Source of the DNA: Azolla caroliniana
Taxonomy: Eukaryota > Plantae > Polypodiophyta
Assembly: GCA_043228905.1 (NCBI GenBank)
Contig: JBHGNT010000020.1
Location: forward strand, 8,742,001-8,806,000
DNA: 64,000 bases
Direction: 5' to 3'
In this document: positions 49,577 to 63,200 of the stretch, piece by piece
How positions within the stretch are numbered: the stretch's first letter is position 1
Layout of the letters: the number at the start of each line of letters is the position of its first letter
The notes under the pieces: model-generated
Seen by the model: only the letters and a program-made list of their open reading frames with translations
Told to the model about the DNA's origin: nothing
Databases searched by the model: none
Program-made: the position numbers and the translations under genes

Positions 49577-50064
49577 CAGTTACGCACACTAATCTCGTGT
49601 AATATAGAAAAATGACAACCACAAACAATATTAGTTTGCCCTAAGTCATATTTATACTAATATAACTTTTCGCCTATTTACAAATATAGCCACGATGGGC
49701 TCTCAGAAACATATTTACGAATATGTCTCTTCCTCTGGTTCATACCGGGTCTGCACCATCCGGCTCTCTGTAGCCGGGTACTCCGCATCCGGTTCGTACC
49801 GGGCCTGCACCATCCGGCTCTCCGTAGCCTGGTACTCCTCATCCAGTTCATACCGGGCCTGCATCATCCAGCTCTCCGTAGCCGGGTACTCCTCATCCGG
49901 TTCATACCGGGTCTGCATCATCCGGCTCTCCGTAGCCAGGTACTCCTCATCCTGTTCATACCGGGTCTCAATCATCCGGCTCTCCGTAGCCAGGTCCACC
50001 TCATACGGTTTCCCATCGGCACTGTTCTTGCCCTTTCCTATCCGGAGGGACCTGTCTCCCAACA
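45136..50064 (-). mobile_element. Tnt1/Tork-like copia: 5' LTR 49263-50064, iMet PBS 49249-49260, degenerate gag-pol, only 42 bp of the 3' LTR adjacent
   Basis: Domain motifs as in the 17371 element, PPT 45178-45188, right flank GCAAC matching the left flank at 35289-35293. Confidence 0.92.
49730..49995. repeat. 54-bp CCGG-rich tandem repeat in copia U3; also about 26260-26455, 35755-35965, 44635-44732
   Basis: Unit CATCCGGCTCTCCGTAGCCGGGTACTCCTCATCCGGTTCATACCGGGTCTGCAT. Confidence 0.9.
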
Positions 50065-50434
50065 GCAACCTCCATCGCCATCCAGAATTTTTGCATGCAA
50101 TTGTTAATCTAGCAAAAGTCATGTGAGCACAAATTTAAGATTAAAAGTCAAGCAAATGTAAAAGCATATGAGTGCAAAATTCATGTGAACCTTGTTTTAT
50201 CCGACTTGATCACTCTTAGCTCAACATGAGAGCCAATTGCATCATCTGTCATAGTTTGTCGAAGCTCCTTCAAAGAGTCAAATTGCCTTCCCTCCACCAA
50301 AGCCATTCTATGAGAGACATCAAACATCAAAATGAGAGCGAGATAGAGAGAAGAAGAAGAAGAAGAAAGCATTGGATCTATACAAAACGATGAGAAACGT
50401 TGATGTTTCTTCTTCACATCCAAATGAACATACT

Positions 50435-52680
50435 TTGGCACATCTTACGAGCTTGTGGATTGGTTAACTAAACACTTGTAATTCACTTCGTATCAATTGG
50501 CGCAGGAACACAAGGACCGGGAAATGATCCAATGCGCACTGTTAGGCGAAACTGAGCCTAAGGATGAGCAAGAGCTGTAGAGAATCGGCTGACAACAGGA
50601 TCTCAAGAATAAAGGGGTGGCTATTCAAATGCCTCCTATGCATATAGCTTTGGTCATAGCAGATAAAGGGAAAGACTCTAACATGTATCGATGTGTACGG
50701 TTTCCCTGTTCCGCAAAAAATATGGTTTTGTAGTTAGGTGAAACATCTATCGTATAATGTGTGAAGCGTGAGCCTCCACATTTGTCCCTTGTCAAGACAC
50801 ATTGGCATTGCAAAAAGGCCTCATTTATAGAGGAATCTAGTGATGCATCATGAAGCAAGTGTCTCACATCCCATCTACCAAACCATTTTTCTTTATCTTG
50901 CATCCAACCGGAACACAAAATTTTGCTTTTATGCGTATTTTGGATCTTTTTGCTTGCTTCCCATGCAAATCTAGGAAGTCGATGTGAGGGACTTTTTTGA
51001 GCCTTAAGCATGTATTCAACAACCCTTTCCATGGCCATGATCTCAATGGGAAGCGAGTCAGTCTCAAGGAGGAGGAGGAGGGTGTAGGGCGTTTGTTTCT
51101 TAACTTGTAGAAACTTTGTAAGAAAATATCTATGGACCTTTTCAAACTCTTTCCACGTAGATTTTGGGATGCTATGGTCCCATACTTCCACCCCATAGAG
51201 AAGGACCGATGTCACCAAAGTGTCGAAAAGATATTTCTTGAGGACCCAACACTTAATATCTCCAAGATTGCATGTGTTGTCAAATGCATAGTATGCTCGC
51301 TTACCCGCCTCTAAGCGGTGTGTAGCACATTCATTCCATCTATCATTTGCAAGAACTTCAAGGCCAAGATATTTGAAGCTGTTCACATATTCAAGTGGCT
51401 CACTATTGTACATAATGCATGGTTTATCTCTTCTTTTTTTTCACAAGCATAATCTTTGTTTTAGAGCTATTGACAATTAATTTACGATGCATGCAAAAAA
51501 TTTCCAATGACTTCATAAGATTTTGTGCATTTCCTAAAGTATTTGCAAAAAACACTACATCATCTGCATATAGCAAAAGCATAATCACAACATTCCTAAT
51601 GACAACTTCTTCAACACATTATTCCTATGCAAACTTGGTAACCATTTCTTCCAATTCATCAATGCATAGACCAAATAGTGTTGGTAAGAGTGGGCATCCT
51701 TGCTTAACACCAATAGTGCTATTGAAAAAATTTGAAAGTCTGTATCTCATACACACACAACATATAACCTTCTCATAAATTCGAGAAATTGCAAGCATAT
51801 ATTCACTTGGCACCTCAAGGTCTTCCATTCGGCTCGAAAGATGCTCACGAGGTACCATATCAAAAGCTTTCTTGAAGTCTACAAAGCAACAATATAAACC
51901 TTTACATCTAAGGTGACTTTCCTCTATTAATACTCAAAGGGTGAAAAGGTGATCAATGGTATTATGGTGTTTTCGAAAGCCAACTTGTCCATAAGCTCTC
52001 TTACCATGTTTTTTAGCAAATACACTTATCTTTGATTCATTATACATCCAAATAGTTTTGCCATTAATGAGGCAACCATCATGGTACGATAGTTGTTTAC
52101 ATTGTTTACATCTACACCTTTATGTAAAGGTTTGATCCAATTTGTAGTCCAATTATACGGCATACCATGTTGCAATGCATCATTAAACATATCACTTATC
52201 CATACATATGTTTCCTTTCACGTCCATTTGAGCATTTTAGGCTTTATACATTGAAGATCACTTGCCTTACGAGAGGCCAATTTCCTAAGTCCTATGCATA
52301 AAAGAAAGGAGACATATGTGAAAGAGAACCATAACAAATCATGTTTCCAGCAAGAGATAATTCATATAAATTCTTACAATGCATACACTAGTCATGAAGA
52401 GTTAAGTCACCATAACTCTCAACATGTTTACCCTTTAGATTTCCCCACAATTTATCACATGCATGTGCTTTCTCTTGCGTTTGGATAAATTGTTGAGTAA
52501 CTTCCCATATTGTTCTCTTTCTTTGAATAAGCCATTTATACTCATGCAAATGCTTTTGGTAATTTTCTTTATCCTTAACTATATCCAAAACCATAAGGCA
52601 CTTTCGAGCTTCACGACATTTTTTATTAAACCATTTTTTCCTAAATTTCTTGGTGCATTTCCCCTTATCAAAACTACCAC
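50435..52680 (-). mobile_element. Second copy of the LINE fragment and its flank (duplicate of about 28274-30520)
   Basis: Colinear, high-identity match with the same RT motifs. Confidence 0.88.
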
Positions 52681-55600
52681 GCATGTACCATAACAGGATC
52701 CCAATTCCCATTGGGTTGGGGGCAACGATTGCATATAATGGAAGCCCGAATTGGTTTGTTTTAAATGTCAAGTGGATTGCCCAAGAGTTGTTTAGGATCA
52801 ACCGCTCACACATTTCCAATATCCATTGTTTAGTCCATTGTTTAGGGTCCACCGCTCACACATATCAAATAGGTCATCGTTGCAACAACTTATGACATTG
52901 GGGTGTGCTGGCAAATGGTACACATCTTCGTCTTCATCATCTTCTTCAGAGAAAGCCCCTTCTTTCAACCTCACAATGCATTATTTGGCCTTAATTGATT
53001 GATCATGAGTTGCAACATGATTTGAGAATGCTTATAAATGTAACAATATTAAGGAAGATACCATTAGATTGCATCTTTTCAAAGCATTCAACTGCTTCTT
53101 CAGATTTTCCATATGTAACTTCTCACCCATTCTTCTCAACATAGAGCTACAATTCTAAAGCTTAGATCTTCTTTGACCCATTTGATTCATCTCCTCTTCT
53201 TTCTTTTTTAAGGCCTCAATGCATCTAAGAAGAGAATTTCTGACCACATTGAAGACGAGAATCTCCCAATTTCACAACTCGATCAAATATATTCCTTGCC
53301 TCTTTTAAGCTTTCACAAGTCGAATACAGGTTGACTAGTGCATTTCCAATGATAACATCTGACTCCAGACCATTTTTGAGAATTTGATCATAAATCAGTT
53401 GTCCTTCTAAAGCTCCGATCATTGTGCATGACTTTAGAACAGATGAGAATATAAAGCTACTAGGTTTTACGTGCTTCTTTTGCATTTTCTCAAATACCAA
53501 TAATGCCAAGAGTCCATAGCCATTCTGGCCATATCCAACAATGAGAGAACCCCACAAGACAACATCTTTCTTGGGTGAGATGTCAAATAATTTCTGAGCC
53601 TCTTGAATAGCTCCATGATTCGAATACATATCGACAACAGAGCTTCCTACAATAGCATCAGAATTCATCCCACTTCTAATGACTTGATCATAGAGTATTA
53701 AACCCTGCATTGTATCCCCAATAGTGCTACATGCCTTGAGAACACTTGCAAGGATGGCATTGTTGGGCTTGATAGTGCCCTTTTGAATCTCTTGGAAGTG
53801 CTTAAGGGTAGAATGACCTTGATTATGTCGAGTGTATGAACAAATCAAGGCATTCCATATAGCCACAACTTGAACTGGTAAGCTATCAAATACCTTCTGA
53901 GCTTCATTTAAGCTACCAAAATTCCCATACATGTCAATCAAAGCACTAGAAACAATCGGATCTGATATATGCCCCATTCTAATGATCTGATTATGTATAT
54001 ATTTCCCATGAACAATGGATTGAATGCTACCACACGCTTTTAAAGCACAGGCAAATATAACTTTATCTGGAACAATATTAGACATGACCATTTCATTATA
54101 GAGTTGAAGTACAACATTGCCATAGCCATGTTGGGCATATCCAGAAATCAATGCACCCCATGAAATAATGTTCCGGTTTTGCAATATGTCGAATGTTCTT
54201 TGTGCCTCCTCAAGGCTCCCACACTTGGCATACATATCAATGACTGCACTTCCAATCAACATAGCTGATTCAAATCCACTCTCGATTAACTCACCATGAA
54301 TCAACCTTCCTTGCCTTATTGAAGCCTCATTGCTACATGCTTTCAATGTGGTTAGAAATGTGACTTTGTCCAGTTTCTCATCTTGTTCATGTAACGTCTT
54401 GTCCACAATTTTATATGGTTGCAGAATCTCCCAAAGTAGCACATCACAATCTTATGCTACCTCAATGTAGGCTTGCTAATTGCTAATGTAAACATGATGT
54501 GGAGCATATAAGGCCTATCGATCGGCATCATGAACAACAATTCAGTAGGTTTGCATCAGATTCGCCAAGGATGGTTCATCATGATCTCTCCATTAATCCA
54601 AAGGATGACGGGGATATGAGTAGTGGAGAACTATAGTGGCTAGTAATTATTCGACAATTCATAAGAATTGTAGGATAGAGTTTCTAGGTTTTCCAAATCC
54701 TATTCATGTGAATGCTTAGCACAAGAGTTTCATGTACTAGATAATCATGGATAAAATACAAAACATTTTCCAATCCCTTGATTGCAGAATAATTCCGTAC
54801 ACTTACTAGCCAAGCATTCCTTGGATCACAACTTCTATATCATCTAATAATTCAAAAGAATCCTAAGTAACGATAGTAGGCTTTACAATCTTTGAATATG
54901 AATGTATACCATAGTACTACAGAGATAAAAAAATGCAGAAGAATAATATGCACATACTACTAATATCGGATGAATTTCTTCCATGTTTTTTGTCACATGA
55001 AAACATAGTGTTAGCACAAGCTACTACTAATCTCGTAGAGTTGTCCCCCTTTCTTCTATAGTTAATCATTTCCTCAGACAAATTTTCTCCATTTCATTTG
55101 CACACACAACATTAAGGAGTCAAAGCACAAAAATTTCGTACAATAACTCAAATGTTTATTTTCATTTTCTTTTGTCAAACAACAATCATGAAGAGTGAAA
55201 CAACAAAGATTCTGCATTTATATCTAATTTTAGACGAATTTCTTCCTTTTTCCCATACAATAACATTCATCACGAAAGAACAATAGTTTCCACATAGTTA
55301 CTACTATATTTCTCTCATATAAGAACAACGACTACTAGCATCAGACATACATAAGGATAAGTAGCAAAAGCACAAAGAACATTGTACAATAGCTACTAAT
55401 CTTAGATGAATTTATTCTCAGTTTCACTCATACAAAACAAAAGTATTTACTGCCAATCCCAAATGAATTTTTTTCGAATTTTTTTCTTATAACAAATCAT
55501 CGTAATGATTCTTACTACTAATTTCACATAAACCTCTTCCATTCCTTTCCCGTACGAAACTAGTTACAATGAAATCCTTACCTGTCCATCTCTTACTTAT

Positions 55601-57375
55601 ACACAAGAACATCAAACACGTGTAATTCCAAATTTTACCAATCCAATACAAAAAGTGTAATTCCAAAAATATCCACAAAATCAAATATATCTATCGAGTG
55701 AACAAAATATCTAATAATGCACAATCATCACTAAATTGGGGCCCTACAACTGCGAGCATTGTGTCCTTTCCCACGGCACCTTCCACAACGATGTTCTTTC
55801 TTCTTTGTGCCTTCTTCTATTCTGCGTATACGTTTGGTTTTTGGACGTCCCGGAGGTCTTCGTGTGGCTGGTGGTAACATGCCTGGAACAAAATTATCAT
55901 GCGTAACAACAACAGGAAATATTGGCTCCTTGTAAGTATCGCAATATGATTGCAACAAATATGCCTTGTGTGCAAAAGATTGAACTCTTTCTTTTCGAAA
56001 CAAAATAGCGGCCGCTGCATGTGCACAAGGTAACCGCATATCCTGCCATTGTCCACAAGTACATATCTTCTTATCCACATAAACAATCCTAACATGTTTC
56101 GGAGTATGGATCTCAAAAACATCATTAGTGGATGGCAAAATACGATATAGTCTTCCACGTTGTATGGATTCTCTAATGAATTTCTCTGCATATCCAACCA
56201 ATGCATTACGTGTTATCTCTCCATTAACCAATCCAGTACGTGCTTTAGAAGTTTCTCCATTAATCCTCCTTTCATAAAACCATGACTTTATCTTCTGGCG
56301 TATCAATTCCATCATCCCTAGAATAGGCATAGCTCTAGCCTCTAACAACCATGCATTTAGGGACTCGGCAATGTTAGATGTCAAGTGTCCAAACCTTTTC
56401 CCTCAAAACTTACATGTAGCCCAATGTGAGGGGTCGACGATGCTCCTTAGCCATTCAGCTGCATTACTATTTAAAGTGCGAATTTCTCCAATGATAACAT
56501 CAAAGTCTTGAGTATTAGTTGCATCTGCAGCTTTCCACAACATCCCCAATATTTGAGTGCTTTTAAAAGCTTTTCTAAAATTGTCTGATAGATGGCGCAT
56601 GCAATATCCATGTGATGAATCATCGCCAAACACCAACATGACACCATCCACTAAACCCTTTTGTCTATCTGAAATAAACGTTAGTGGATCTGTGTGTCGA
56701 AGAACATCCTTCAAACTTTGAAGAAACCAACACCAATCATCATCATTCTCTACTATTACTACACCAAATGCAATCGGAAACAAAGCACCTTGTGCATCGA
56801 TGGTAGTAGCCGTGAGAAGGATTCCTAGGTATTTTCCTTTCAAATGAGTTCCATCTAGACCAATTATTGGTCTACAATGCATGAAACCATTTATGCTTGC
56901 ATTGTAAGCAATGAATATGCGAAGAAAGCGGCCTTCAATTGTTGCTTGAACATGTGCCACATTACCAGGATTAGCTTCTAAAATGGTTTGGCAATAATTT
57001 CGAACATTTTGATATGCAAATACATGTTCCCCATGGATTTGAGCATGTGCACTTTCTTTTGCTTTCCACCCTACCCTGTAAGAGATAGTGACGCCTTTTT
57101 CACGACGCACATCACCAATTAGTTCCTTTGGTGTGTATGTAGGATGATCTTTAAACTTCTCCAATGTTGTTTCAGCCAATCATTTTGAGCTTACTTCTTT
57201 GTTCCCTAATTGTTGAGTGCCACCACATTTATGTTCTTCCCTATTCGTCTTGATTTGGCATTTTGGACCTCCTTCAATACAAGATGCCTGCAACCTCCAC
57301 CGCCATCCAGAATTTTTGCATGCAATTGTTAATCTAGCAAAAGTCATGTGAGCACAAATTTAAGATTAAAAGTCA
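52680..57375 (-). mobile_element. Pack-MULE unit, copy C, with transposase pseudogene 55731-57333
   Basis: Colinear with copies A and B, carries an extra ~1.5 kb, and is truncated inside the MULE intron. Confidence 0.9.
53225..54442 (-). pseudogene. Long captured PLS-class PPR fragment (about 400 codons open)
   Basis: Repeated P-L-S motifs (SAVIDMYAKCGSLEEA, WGALISGYAQHG). No credible start or E/DYW terminus. Confidence 0.85.
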
Positions 57376-58642
57376 TGGCACCGGTGAGGATGGACAGCAC
57401 GTACTTGCAGCGCGGCCACAGGATGCGTACCGCGCCCTTCCAAGCACCGCCGGAGCCGAGAGCACGTTTCGAGGTCAAGCTGCGGCACTTGCTGGCGATC
57501 AAGTCCGCGAGCACGGGATTCGGTTTACGGAGGAGGATGTGGTCTTCCATAGCCGCCCGGAGGGTCGGGTCGGTGATCTTCTCGTTGAGCTCACCGGTGC
57601 GGATATCGTGGCAAAGGCTGCGCCACTCGGTCTCGAGTGTCCGGAGGGCTTCCACGAGTGTGAACGCGAAGGGGGCGCTGAGGACTTGGACCTCGTGCGC
57701 GTGGAAGAGGCCACACAGGAGGTGGCAGTACATGGATTGCCGGCAGTCGGGTGCGAGGATCACGTCTTGGGGACTACACGATTGGAAACCGCTCTTTTGC
57801 TGCCTCATCCGGAATGCATCGGCACGGATCATGTGAGTGGTCGCAGTCCCGGCCTTCAAGCCGCCTTTGGTTGTCGAGAATTTCCCGCAGAAGAGGAATT
57901 CCAGGATCCGGGATCCTCCGTCCACCGGATAAATCCTGCAGATCACATCACAGATCACACCATTAATATCTGATGAATTTTATTAGGCATTTTGAAATAG
58001 TTTTGAAACAGCAGTGAGTGAGTGAGTGAGTAGTTAATCAGGTACCGGTGCAGGTACTAAAGATTGGTTTTTAAACTTAATTTAACAAAAAAAAGTAATG
58101 ATTGGAACAGGAGCTCACCCTTCTCGAAATGCTGCAGCAATGCTGGCTACCTCCAGAGTTCCTTCCTTGAGTCCTTCGTGATACAGAAGATACTTGGCTC
58201 TGGTATCAGTCGTGCCAGAGCTCAGACACAGGCCTTGGACAGGGGCTGCCGTGAGGAGGCCCCCTGGTGGCGATCCTTGGTTCCCATGCTCCGCGATCCT
58301 TTCAATGAATGGCATGATATCGGGGTGAGTAATGAGAGGAACGGTCTTCTTGAATCCATCAATGTAATCGGTGGCGCCGCCGCCTACTACTTCAGATGCT
58401 GAGCCGATCGATGATGATGATAATGCTTCGATCCCTTGGAATTGTTGCAGATATTCGCAGCACGCATTGTCTCGGATGATGGAGCGGAGCAAATCCGATT
58501 GAATCTCGGCTGCGTTCCTCGTGATATCTTCGAATCGATCGAGGACGGGCTGGAATCGATTGGTCTTATGGAATGGCGAGACGGGATCCGAATGAGAATT
58601 GGGAGAGAAAGAAGAAGAAGAAGAAAGTGGGCGGCCCGGCAT
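57344..58642 (-). pseudogene. GH3: Truncated duplicate of the GH3 gene (exon 1, intron, 5' third of exon 2) fused to the MULE intron
   Basis: 57374-60234 is near-identical to 6269-9133. The ORF ends LTGAM-TFNLKFVLT*. Confidence 0.93.
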
Positions 58643-60271
58643 GGTGATGAAGGCGATTTGGGAATTTCGATCGTCGATTGCGATTCAAAAGTGATGAGGA
58701 AGGCGATCAGGAGATCAAATGAGGTTACAATGAGAGGCCGATTTGGGGCTTGATTGAGTGAGTGAGTGAGTTGAGTGATGAGCATTAGCCACTCTGATTT
58801 GATCTGATCTGCTGCTACTGTATTTATAGGCGGGCGGAACTCCTTTCCTTTTCCTTTTCCTTTTCCTTTCCCGCGTTGTCACCATCACTTCTTACTTCTT
58901 ACTTTCTTTTCTGCGTTGTGCTGCAGTGTTTGGGGGGAACTAACCGTCAACGCCCTTCTTTCCTCCTCAAAAGCGTTTGTGTTGGCCAGTTCCACCTTCC
59001 TTTCTTTCTTCATCAAAAACCCACTCTCTCTCTCTCTCTCTCTCTTTGTCGCCTCTACATTCTTTTTCCCCCTTTATATACATATCAATATGTATTTGTA
59101 TCATGTATGTATAGTGAGTGCTAAAGCTACATATATCAATATGTCTTATACATTATGATATATGTACATACATATGTATTATTAGCTTTGTACTTGCCAC
59201 CCTCTCGCCAACAAGCAAGGTGTGCGCGCGAACTCAATCCTTAGCTACACTTGTCCCTCTAACTTTATCTTCAAATAATTAGGCCTGCGTAATGTCAAAG
59301 AATTGATAATAGAATTTAGAGGCAATCAACCTTTGACTAGACTTCACTTAAACCTATTGTGGATTCCATGCTCCTTCTATGCCACCTAGATGAGCATAGA
59401 CTCACACTATGAAGTAATGTAAAACGTTTCTACTAAGAAATCATAATGTATGGATTTGAATGCAGTCTCCATTGAAGGCATAGCTAGTTGTCGAAAAACT
59501 AAAAATGGCTTAAAAGCGACTCGCATGTACATAGTCTCACATTGTGCATGGACCTTAATCTTGCTCCTACATCTTTGGTTACTGTTAAGAATCTCTCACT
59601 AATCAATAAACCAAATAAAAGTAAAAGAAAGGTGAATATATATATTGGATAGAAGAACCCAATCCTACCAATCATCGTTGGGCTATGACCAAGACATAAC
59701 CAACCTACCGTCGACGTTCCATATCGACTAATATTAGGATGACGAGTACCTTGGAAGAGGTAACACAATCGTCATGAAGAACGCCTAGCTCATACCACTA
59801 GTGTCTCAAGATTTCAGCCTTCCAATGTAATGTGTTTTATGAGGATAGTTAGATCTCACATTTATTCTTCTTCTTAGGCCCCTTGAATAGACGTGCTTTT
59901 CTAAAAGACTCTCATTCATTGTTTGTCAAGATCATGATAATCCAGACACCTATCATTCTCTTTATCTAATAATATTAGTCCCTTTCTAACATTTGTGAAT
60001 ATAGCCTTCACTTATGTTTTGTAAATATTAGTACCTACTCTTAACTACATAATAGTTAGCAACTAATCATCATTTAAAATTTGTGATTTTGATGGAAATA
60101 TCTTAATTTCATATTTTTCGTATAATCCATCATTTTCAATCCGTTGGAGTCTTGCATTTGTTTTACTAATATATATACTCGCATGCTACCTCAAGCAAGT
60201 GAAGTATGATTAATTTTAGGAGTACTACTAGTCGCATGCTACCTCAAGCAAGTGAAGTATGACTAATATTA

Positions 60272-63200
60272 GGAGTCCTCATGGTTGTAATGTCCCGACT
60301 GTCGATTGCCAATTGGAATTGGTCATATCCGGAGTAGAGATCGCCAATGGAGTAGATGGACCGGCCCGCAAACGCTTCGGCAAATTCGTCCACGCTCGGA
60401 CCGATTCCGGCATTTCGAATTGTCACCTTGTTGACGGGTTGAAGATCTTGGATGAATCGCAATGATCCATTCTTCTTCGGCACCGTGAACCACCTATTGG
60501 AATAAGGAGCATTCGACGGTTCTAGAATTCCCATACTCACCTTCTCCTTTAAGAGCTCGATCAGCTTCGGAAGGTGTGCTCTCGGAACCGGTATCGGTTT
60601 CAAGTTCCAAGGCACATGAGGCACCGTGAAGATCACCATTGGCTCTATAACCTTTGGGTCGGCGCATCCGATTTCTCGTGGGAAGAATGCGAAAGCCTTC
60701 CCATGTCTCTCAAGCATATCGCGAAACATTCGCTCCTCTTCAGGGAGAAGGAAATCCTCCTTTCCAACTCGTAGCTTCCCCTTCGTCTCTTTGGTGAAGT
60801 CATGACCTATCTTCTTCGGATCTCTTAAGCTTGGATCGTTAGCGACTTCCTTCATCTTTTGCCAACTATCTTCCGGTAGCGGAACCGCAACTGGCTTGAT
60901 CTTCTTATCCACTGTTTTATATTTCGTGTTGATGTCAGCTTCATTCATCGAGATGCCACGACGGTATTCATCGATGATAGCGTACATGTTGACGAAGTTA
61001 ACCGAAATCACACGTTGGTTGTGAAGATAGCTCAAGTCCACGACGTCCTCGATTTCGCCGATGGTGTCGTTAAATGAGGCTTCTTCCATAATATGAGTCA
61101 CGAACTCTCCTTCTTCTATTATGTTCTCTTCTTTCAGCATCTTCTCGAATTCTTGTATCCGGCTCTTGTGCTTCTTGTCGGGTAGTACTAGTTTACATGC
61201 GCCACTAGGTGTGACACATGTTGCTTCTCCTTGCAATCCACGCGCTCTTCTTTCTTGTGGGGTCTTGTGATTGCTCGGACTATTTGTGCCCCATGCTTCA
61301 ATAGTCCGCTCTAAAAATCCGAGGATTCGCCTCCGAGACTATCTCGATTCCTTTCATGATTGGCTCGCACTGTTAGGAATTGGACCGATCTTTGGTTGTC
61401 AAGACTCTTTATTCGTGCGAAGGCTGCTCCATTATCGAACACTTTGGTCTCCATCCGAGATGATGTGATATAAGGTTGCCCTAGGATGACAAGATGCGAT
61501 GTCGATTCTTGTACGAAGAAGTGTTGATCCATCTCCACATCCCCGATCGTGACTTTGACATTGGGACAAGCTCCGTACAAGTCCTCCGTAGACTTTGTTG
61601 CCGCGCGAATCTTCCATCTGTGGTTTGTATTAATTGGCCATCTTCCCTTTTTGTAGAAGTCAGTTGACATGAGGTTGATCTCCGAGCCGTGGTCGATCAA
61701 GGCTACGACGGTCTCTTTCTTCTCCCCGATCTTCACCGGCGTCTCCGTTGTCGCTCGTGCCCAATGAGGTCGAGTGTAGTGGCTGTCCACCATATCTTCA
61801 TCGATTTCGTCTCTTGCCATCGTTATGGCATTCGTTTTTGCTTTCTGCGGCTTCTCTTCTTCCTCGTCCGATTGTTGTCTCTTTCTCTTTACAAGGTCCA
61901 CGATCGTGTCATGGAACTCCTTCTTCGTAATGCCAAGCAATTCCCTCAAGGACAAAGTTACATGGCTATCAAGAACTCGTTCTTCGAGAATCTTCTTTAG
62001 GTCCGTCGTCTGCTCTATGTCCGACCTTAGCTTATAGGTAGGTATGGTCCTTGTCCTCCGAGCGGGGTCTTCGACACCAACCTTCACGGGCCGAACCGTT
62101 TCTTCAACTCGTATGCTTGGCTCCCCTTTTCGGCTTGATTCTCGTTCCTCCGTTTGTAAAGGTCGACTCGTCTCCACATCGTCCTTCTTTTTCGCGTTCC
62201 TTGTTTCATGTCTTTTTGATGGCCCTTGCTCTTCTATTCTCTTTCTCTTTTCTTCAACGAACACCTCGTGGTTGTCGCACATCACCACTGCGAGTATGGT
62301 GTTGTCGTCCATCAGATCCGACCACCCGGTTATGCATTGCACGTTTCGGTCCGCAAGCTCTACCTCGTTCGATGTGACTTTTCCCTTCTTCTCATATTCG
62401 AGAATGGAAGTCCAAAACTTTGCTCCCGCTCTAGCAGCTTCAGTCTTGTCTTTCCCGACTCTTATTCCGGCCGACGCAGCATAGTGCATCGCATCCACAT
62501 GAGTCGCATCGGCATCCTCCATAGATTTCTTCATTCCTCCTCTTCCGAAATTCACCCATAGGGGTCTTCTAGTCTCGCTTGAGCAGATCATGTTGTCCTC
62601 TATGTATACGATATTTTGTCGAATCGCCTCTCGAAGGCTCGCACAATCCCTTCTCATGTGGTCCATGCTATCGCACCACACGCATCTAAAGGGTTCTTTT
62701 CCTTTAGGGCCCCGACGATTCATGTTGGCTAGCGTGACCTTCTCGAACTTCTTCGCTAGCTCTTCAATGATGTCGTCATCAATCTTCTTTTCTTCCACGT
62801 TACTTTGTCTCGGCGGCTCAGCTACTTTCGGCGGTCTTGCTTTCTCCGTGGTAGTCGGTCCCGTCAAGTCGGTGTCATCAACCCATTGGCGACGCTTGTC
62901 GAGCCTATTGCATGCCCGCTTCACCTCGATCCAGTCTGCTACGAGCCCATTTGCTTGGGTATCATCTTCGAGAAGAGTCCCCAACTCCCGTCTATCCTTT
63001 ATGTCCACGGCCTTCAAGAAGTACAAAGTCTTGTCCTCTTCAAGCAATACTTGGTCCGTATTGGGGAGACGACTAAACATTTGGTCGAATTCGTCGTACA
63101 GCCTCGAGACGCTCATCTTCTTATTCATCTTCTCTATCCACTTCATCAGGGCATGTCAAGTCATCCTCGTTGAGTCTTCAGTCACAAACTCCGCTAGTAT

